64,000 nucleotides of DNA from Botryllus schlosseri (lineage: Eukaryota), in NCBI GenBank assembly GCA_051294905.1, contig CM119371.1, positions 33,792,001 to 33,856,000 on the forward strand, read 5' to 3'. The number at the start of each line of letters is the position of its first letter. Position 1 is the stretch's first letter. The notes under the pieces are model-generated. The model made no database searches, was not told where the DNA came from, and was given only the letters and a program-made list of their open reading frames with translations. Shown here piece by piece: positions 62,152-64,000 of the stretch. Made by a program: the position numbers and the translations under genes.

Positions 62152-62599
62152 ATCTATGACGATTTCTCGCCCCAACGATTTTCAGTGTAGCTACAACCCA
62201 CGGCGTGGGGTCCACGCTAATATTGTGTATAAGCGGATCGTAAACGGCAAATTCAAATTTGCCAATTGCTAAATAACAGTTTGTGCTCGTTTCAATTAGG
62301 CTACTAGGGCCTTGGGAGAATAAAAAAAATATGCATGAAATTCTGCCATAACGAATACCGCTCCTCGTAGTTGAACGAGGACACGTATAGCCCACCTACA
62401 ATCAACCGAATACGGCTATTGCGAGCCACCGTTACTAGCAACGGCAAAGAACAGCTCCGTTATGATTTACATCGGGTATCGTTGAGTTTTACTGATTTTA
62501 TGAGAAGATGGTCAGGTTTCAAATTACATATACTCCACTCATATAGGAAAGGAAAGGACGTAGTTTATTTTTGTCCTTGCTGTTTTTGCGGCATATACA

Positions 62600-62878
62600 C
62601 ACACACGATCTGCGCATATGCATATCATGAGTGCATGACGTGCATATCATGAGTGCATGACGTGCATATGCCGCTGGACAAGGAAGGTGCAGATATAGCC
62701 TTGTACGCGAATTTCTAAGTCTTGCACCACGCCTCCATGCTATCCCAGTAATGCATGAGCGCCAAGCAGGGAAGCTATGGATACCAGTGTTACAAATCAG
62801 GTCTTTGGTCTGACCCGGCCGGGGATCGAACCCACGACCTACCGATCAAGAAGCCGGGCGCTTAACCATTACGCTATC
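62600..62878 (-). mobile_element. tRNA-derived SINE with a Meta-domain-like body and tandem tail
   Basis: TAGCGTAATGGTTAAG A box, GGTTCGATCCCC B box, then GGTCAGACCAAAGAC..CTGGTATCCATAGCTTCCCTGCTT; 22-nt repeated tail. Confidence 0.75.
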
Positions 62879-64000
62879 TTGTCGATCAGAAACAACATTC
62901 AAACTCCTGCTATCCAACCAACAATTCAACAGTTTCGATATTATTTGATCTAACCAGAGTGGTGATTATTGAATACTATCATTATTTTACGAGGATTAGT
63001 GGTAGGCCTATCCGTTGTGAACCAGAGATAACGGCGGTTCTCCCAATCACAATACTACGCCAATAGGCCAAAAGAACACATACAACACGTCTGTCAAATC
63101 ATATATCTCGAAATCGCAGCATAACAATCCGCTTGTTCTAGAACAGAGGTCTCAAACACGCGGCCCGCGGGCCGCATGCGGCCCGCGAACGCATTTTGTG
63201 CGGCCCGCGACGGCATTTTGTATTTTCAAGTGTTCAACAATATATTCAAGTGCCATATATCTTTTTTAGATATATGAACCTAAAGTTCACGCTAAAACTA
63301 CTATAAAAATCGCTGAAATCTCAACAAACTTCACTATCACTTTTCAAAGCTACCTTGCGGTAAAAGATCAGCTATTACGTCACATTTCTAGTTCATGATG
63401 GCGAAACTTGACCCGTTGATGATTCGTGACGGAAAATTGTGATTTGGTTAGGTGTGAACTTCTCGTAAAATGACTCGATTTCGGATTGACTGGGTGATTA
63501 AATAAATATGACTCGAGTTGAGTCGGGTCAAACGTAAAATCAGAGATGGACTTGTGACTGGGAACGGTGACTTGGTAATCCTACGGACGCAACAATCCAT
63601 GAAACTGTCATGGGCAATAATAATACATTAAAAGGTTGTAGCTTGCGTTGCGTAGGGTATATAGCTATCTAATCAGGTAAGTATGGCAACCATTGGTATT
63701 ATGTGACCCCCCGTGACGTATAGTTGGTTATATGCTGGGTGTTGTGTGCTCTCTTTATTCATGCTATTATCGGGGACGAGTAAGGTAGCAGTACGCTCTA
63801 CAGCTGTAACACCAATGAATTCTTCGCCAATTGGATATTTCTATTCCAGGGGTTCTTAACCAGGGTCCGCAGGCCCCATCGGGGTACAAAGCACCACATC
63901 AGGGTGTACGAGATTCATTGTGGAATCGGGCCTATATTCTGTGGAATATTTTCTTGGTCAATTTATTCAACTATAAAATAATCTTCACTCTAGGCGTGAT

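Overview
Eukaryotic, AT-rich, repeat-dense genomic DNA, most likely from an invertebrate animal; the species cannot be fixed from sequence alone. Two spliced Golgi-type glycosyltransferase genes lie tail-to-tail. One is a DxD-motif GT32 (alpha-1,4-glycosyltransferase-like) gene on the + strand, with 8 coding exons from 5257 to 28093, about 427 aa and one GC-AG intron. The other is a divergent polypeptide GalNAc-transferase (GALNT) on the - strand, with 11 coding exons from 60846 to 34900, about 630 aa and YGAEN in place of WGGEN. I assembled both exon chains by hand; splice phases are consistent and there are no stops. Introns and the intergenic gap are packed with non-autonomous DNA transposons (mostly hAT, often nested, many with intact 8-bp TSDs), two long foldback elements, a solo LTR, tRNA-derived SINEs and a 718-bp tandem duplication. 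The oddest object is an internally deleted Ty3/Gypsy element (9592-12736). Its primer-binding site is not the usual ~18 nt but a 55-nt copy of mature tRNA-Leu(TAG), CCA included, fused directly to the RNase H coding region. Most entries in the supplied ORF track are spurious.
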